In this document: positions 7,097 through 10,000 of the stretch, piece after piece
Layout of the letters: the number at the start of each line of letters is the position of its first letter
Position numbering within the stretch: the first letter of the stretch is position 1
NCBI GenBank assembly: GCA_938083505.1
Contig: CALKCF010000010.1
Coordinates: forward strand, 1 to 10,000
DNA length: 10,000 bases
Source: an uncultured archaeon
GTDB taxonomy: Archaea; Thermoproteota; Nitrososphaeria_A; Caldarchaeales; Wolframiiraptoraceae
Reading direction: 5' to 3'
Position numbers and translations under genes: made by a program
Notes under the pieces: model-generated
Seen by the model: the letters and a program-made list of their open reading frames with translations, nothing else
What the model was told of the DNA's origin: nothing
Databases searched by the model: none

Positions 7097-9724
7097 ATGA
7101 AGCTATCATATTTGCGCGACTCATTAATATTCACAGCTCTCATTTTACTATATGGCTTGGTACTCTACCAATTTCTTAGACATTACGTAAACTTTCCAGA
7201 AAATCTCTTGGGAAGAGACGCAGTCCCGCATGCTGCAAAAGTTGTTATTTTAAATAAATGGGGTTTAGAAGGTTTCAGATGGTTGCCTAATTATTATTTT
7301 GGGAATCCACACTTCACATTTTATACACCTTCAACTTACATCCTTCCGTTGCTTATTCAACATTTTTTTAATCTTTCAGAAGAAGACCTCATCAAAGTTT
7401 TTAATTGGATTGGATATTTCTCGATACTCTCTTCGCTGTTATTTATAATGTTGTTGATATATTTGAAGAGTGGTTCGCGACTGATGTCCGCATTTTTTGG
7501 TGGCGTATTTTTTGGTACTTCGCCGGGAATTTTTGAACCATGGCTTTTCGGGGGAAATTATCCAGAACTTTTCGCACTACCTTCCATACCATTAAGCCTA
7601 ATCTTTTTAGATAGATTTCTAAAAACAAGTAAGCTAAAGTATCTCCTCCTCTTTATGATAGTTGGTGTATATGCAATCACTGGTCATCAGGCGGTAGGGC
7701 TGTTCTATATCGTTTTCTCTTTATGCTGGATTCTTGGAAGCAACATTCCAAGAAAACAGAAAATTATCAACATGATAACGTTACCTTCCATATTATTCTG
7801 TTTGGTTGCTTGGTACGTCATTCCATTAGCCTATATAGAGTTGACCCATAAAGTTAGAGAAAGTTTATGGATGGAGATGCCTTCAGCATTTAAACTATGG
7901 GATTACCTTGTAACATTTTTTAATGTTGAAATGCCTTCTCTACCTTCTGATTACAGATTTCCAGGATTTAACTTGGCGATCCTAATACCAGCAATTCTAT
8001 GTATTATAGCTGGCCTTCGTAAGAAGGCTCGTAGAGAGATGTTGTTACATGAAGCGATTACAATGTTTTCAATAGGTTTGGGGATCTTGATATACTTTAT
8101 ATTATGCGTAAGCTTTCTACTACCATTCCCTGCAGGATTTCACCCGTCTCGATTTATACCCTACATTCTGATTTCTTTCTCCGTTAGCGTAGGCCTACTC
8201 ATGAACTACGCACCATCGCTCTCGCTTAGAGCGCTTGCCTTCATCTTCATATTCTTGGGATTGATATTCTTCTCATTATTTCCTCCATATTATAATATTA
8301 TTGTAGACGATCTTCTCACCGCTGGGGAAAGGCATTCGTTACAAGAAATTAGAAGTCTAATAACGGATCATAACATGTATAGGATAGGAGGTGTTCGTGA
8401 CGAGTTATTTTATTGGATTCATTTATATCATCCAGATCTTTATACTTCAAGAGGATACTATGCTTTAGGCATATTGTATATCGATTGGCAGGCATTATTT
8501 GAACATGCTTTGGCCGGCGCCCCTCCTACACCTTATTGGAACAATTCTATTCTACATCTATTAGATTGGTCAGGTTTAAGATATGTTGGATTGATGGAGG
8601 GCGATTCTGCAACAATCCTCCTTTCAAACAGTATTCTCAAACCTTTGACCAATTTCCTCAACTTTACTATCTACGAGTTCTCTTACTCTCCTCCTATTTC
8701 CGAAGTTGTATACGATGGTGGTATTTTGGTTTTCGGTGATTATGAAGGTTATGATGTTATTCTCCGCTCTATCGCTATGAGTAATTATGTTAAGCCTGTC
8801 CCGATCATCGTCTGGGCTGGAGGTGAATGTATCGATGATATTTCCCCAGACATTTTAGGAAAGTTCTCCTCGATTATTCTATATAGGTATTGTTACAAAG
8901 ATAGGGGAAAGGCATTCAACATACTCGCCGAGTATGTCTCTAAAGGTGGAAGGTTATTTATTGAGACAGCGTCGTCCATTGACGAATGTTCGGAGATGCC
9001 CCAACCGATACCTGTCTCTAAAATTTGTAGAAAATCTGTTCAGAATGATTGGAGCTTTAACATATTAGAGGACCCATTAACGGCTAATATCACCAAAGAT
9101 GTCTTTTCGCCACCTATCTACGATGGCGGGCCATGGGGCGTAAGTTCTTCTAGTGTGAACGATCTTAGAAGTGAGGCAAAGCCTCTTTTGGCCTCTGATA
9201 GCGAGGTATTGGTAGCCTATATCAGATACGGTAATGGGGTGGTTGTATGGTCCGGGTTGAATCTACCATACCATGCTTTAGCATATCAAAATATTGATGA
9301 GGCAGACTTTATGAAGAGATTTGTAATGTACAACGTAACCACGAAGACAGAACATGTTCAGATGATTAGGAACTCGGCTACGTCTGTAACATTTAAAGTA
9401 CCGCCAAAAGCTAAGGGAATAATATTTAGAGAGAGGTACATCTCTAATCTGGTATTCAGTTGGAAGGCTTCTGATTCTAGAGGGGAGCTCAAATTTTTTA
9501 TTATGGGGCCAGGATTCAACTACATAGTTATTAGAGATGAGCTTGAGAAAGTAGAAGATGTTAATTTTGTATTGCATGATGCCCCCATTAGGATCGGCTC
9601 CATTTTACTATCGGCCTTTACAACCTTTTTACTCGTGGTGGTGCTGATACGTAAGCATTACACTAAGAGAAGTAAAGGTGTTAGTGTTTTAACCAGCCTG
9701 CGCTCTCGGACTCTGAACCCATGA
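7097..9724 (+). CDS. Polytopic membrane protein, GT-C-fold glycosyltransferase-like ('6-pyruvoyl-tetrahydropterin synthase-related'/YfhO-like), with a large soluble C-terminal region and terminal TM helix
   Basis: N-terminal TM followed by a GRD41AVPH loop and RWLPNYYFGNPHFTFYTP; about 10-12 hydrophobic segments in the first ~400 aa (GGNYP, ITGHQ, AWYVIP, HPSRF); soluble region with LAEYVSKGGRLFIE and YIRYGNGVVVWSG resembling a class I GATase-like fold; C-terminal TM followed by basic residues. Family assignment is from motif recall, not a search. Confidence 0.7.
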   Translation: MKLSYLRDSLIFTALILLYGLVLYQFLRHYVNFPENLLGRDAVPHAAKVVILNKWGLEGFRWLPNYYFGNPHFTFYTPSTYILPLLIQHFFNLSEEDLIKVFNWIGYFSILSSLLFIMLLIYLKSGSRLMSAFFGGVFFGTSPGIFEPWLFGGNYPELFALPSIPLSLIFLDRFLKTSKLKYLLLFMIVGVYAITGHQAVGLFYIVFSLCWILGSNIPRKQKIINMITLPSILFCLVAWYVIPLAYIELTHKVRESLWMEMPSAFKLWDYLVTFFNVEMPSLPSDYRFPGFNLAILIPAILCIIAGLRKKARREMLLHEAITMFSIGLGILIYFILCVSFLLPFPAGFHPSRFIPYILISFSVSVGLLMNYAPSLSLRALAFIFIFLGLIFFSLFPPYYNIIVDDLLTAGERHSLQEIRSLITDHNMYRIGGVRDELFYWIHLYHPDLYTSRGYYALGILYIDWQALFEHALAGAPPTPYWNNSILHLLDWSGLRYVGLMEGDSATILLSNSILKPLTNFLNFTIYEFSYSPPISEVVYDGGILVFGDYEGYDVILRSIAMSNYVKPVPIIVWAGGECIDDISPDILGKFSSIILYRYCYKDRGKAFNILAEYVSKGGRLFIETASSIDECSEMPQPIPVSKICRKSVQNDWSFNILEDPLTANITKDVFSPPIYDGGPWGVSSSSVNDLRSEAKPLLASDSEVLVAYIRYGNGVVVWSGLNLPYHALAYQNIDEADFMKRFVMYNVTTKTEHVQMIRNSATSVTFKVPPKAKGIIFRERYISNLVFSWKASDSRGELKFFIMGPGFNYIVIRDELEKVEDVNFVLHDAPIRIGSILLSAFTTFLLVVVLIRKHYTKRSKGVSVLTSLRSRTLNP

Positions 9725-9734
9725 CATCATGGGT
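9717..9734. repeat. Inverted repeat ACCCATGA-CA-TCATGGGT overlapping the stop codon
   Basis: Perfect 8-bp arms at 9717-9724 and 9727-9734; the TGA stop at 9722-9724 is in the left arm. Confidence 0.8.
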
Positions 9735-9751
9735 CGATTAGTAGACGGTAC

Positions 9752-9846
9752 CATGCCCTGCCTAAGATTAGTTCAGCATCGTGCTGAAATTTTTCCCGCA
9801 TGCTGAACTAAATACGGTCCTGTAGCACATTAGGTGCAGGGGCATG
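9752..9846. repeat. 95-bp nested inverted-repeat element (structured RNA or MITE-like)
   Basis: Outer arms CATGCCCTGCCTAA (9752-9765) and TTAGGTGCAGGGGCATG (9830-9846) pair all 14 left-arm bases with 3 bulged bases on the right; inner perfect 12-bp arms TTAGTTCAGCAT (9768-9779) and ATGCTGAACTAA (9800-9811). Confidence 0.75.
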
Positions 9847-9855
9847 AATCCCAGT

Positions 9856-9903
9856 ATACAGCTTTTACTATGTTCCGAACACCCGTATTAGTTAATGCTG
9901 TAT
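9856..9903. repeat. Imperfect inverted repeat with 15-bp arms (13/15 matched)
   Basis: ATACAGCTTTTACTA (9856-9870) versus TAGTTAATGCTGTAT (9889-9903); the loop contains TGTTC-C-GAACA (9871-9881). Confidence 0.65.
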
Positions 9904-9947
9904 TCCTCTACACGCTGCTGCCAGCCGCGGACATGATTTTTTATGAG

Positions 9948-9971
9948 CCAGCATGCTGGAAGCTTTAAAGC
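9948..9971. promoter_or_regulatory. Adjacent perfect palindromes CCAGCATGCTGG and GCTTTAAAGC; the second contains a TTTAAA TATA-like box
   Basis: Palindromes at 9948-9959 and 9962-9971. TTTAAA (9964-9969) is about 30 nt from the window end, which stops at ...AAAAAAT and could be the start of an ATG. Confidence 0.4.
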
Positions 9972-10000
9972 CAGACAACAAGTCAGCACGAATAAAAAAT

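Noticed and set aside
6765-9577. Short ORFs 6765-6953, 7443-7628, 8536-8739 and 9278-9577
   Set aside because: Nested within the methyltransferase or membrane protein genes, with no motifs or translation signals.
9760-9836. Integron attC-like appearance (GCCTAAG...TTCAGC...GCTGAACT...ATTAGGT) downstream of a gene
   Set aside because: The invariant AAC and GTT triplets of the R boxes are absent, the L'-R' spacing is too long, the genes are divergent rather than a tandem cassette array, and no integrase is visible.
1-10000. CRISPR array, tRNA, rRNA, transposase or integrase
   Set aside because: No regularly spaced repeats, no cloverleaf with a T-loop consensus, and no recombinase motifs were seen in any frame I examined.

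Overview
Archaeal-type chromosomal window, probably from a thermophile (GAGGTGA Shine-Dalgarno motifs, BRE/TATA promoters, apparently leaderless starts; the taxon is an inference). Left to right: (1) the 5' 252 codons of a glycerol dehydrogenase (GldA-type) gene on the minus strand, running off the left edge and missing from the ORF track; (2) a divergent, complete ttrBCA-type operon for a Tat-exported molybdo/tungsto-bisPGD respiratory oxidoreductase (4x[4Fe-4S] subunit, NrfD/PsrC-type anchor, 1149-aa catalytic subunit) of the tetrathionate/selenate/archaeal arsenate reductase group, with no chaperone or regulator gene in view; (3) a visibly AT-richer block with a class I SAM methyltransferase (minus) divergent from an 875-aa GT-C-like polytopic membrane protein; (4) a ~280-bp apparently non-coding tail packed with nested inverted repeats and palindromes. 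The protein families are all known. The least explained signal is the structured tail (9717-10000) and the short motifs it shares with the other flank of the AT-rich block (6232-6330). I cannot show from sequence alone that this is a new system.
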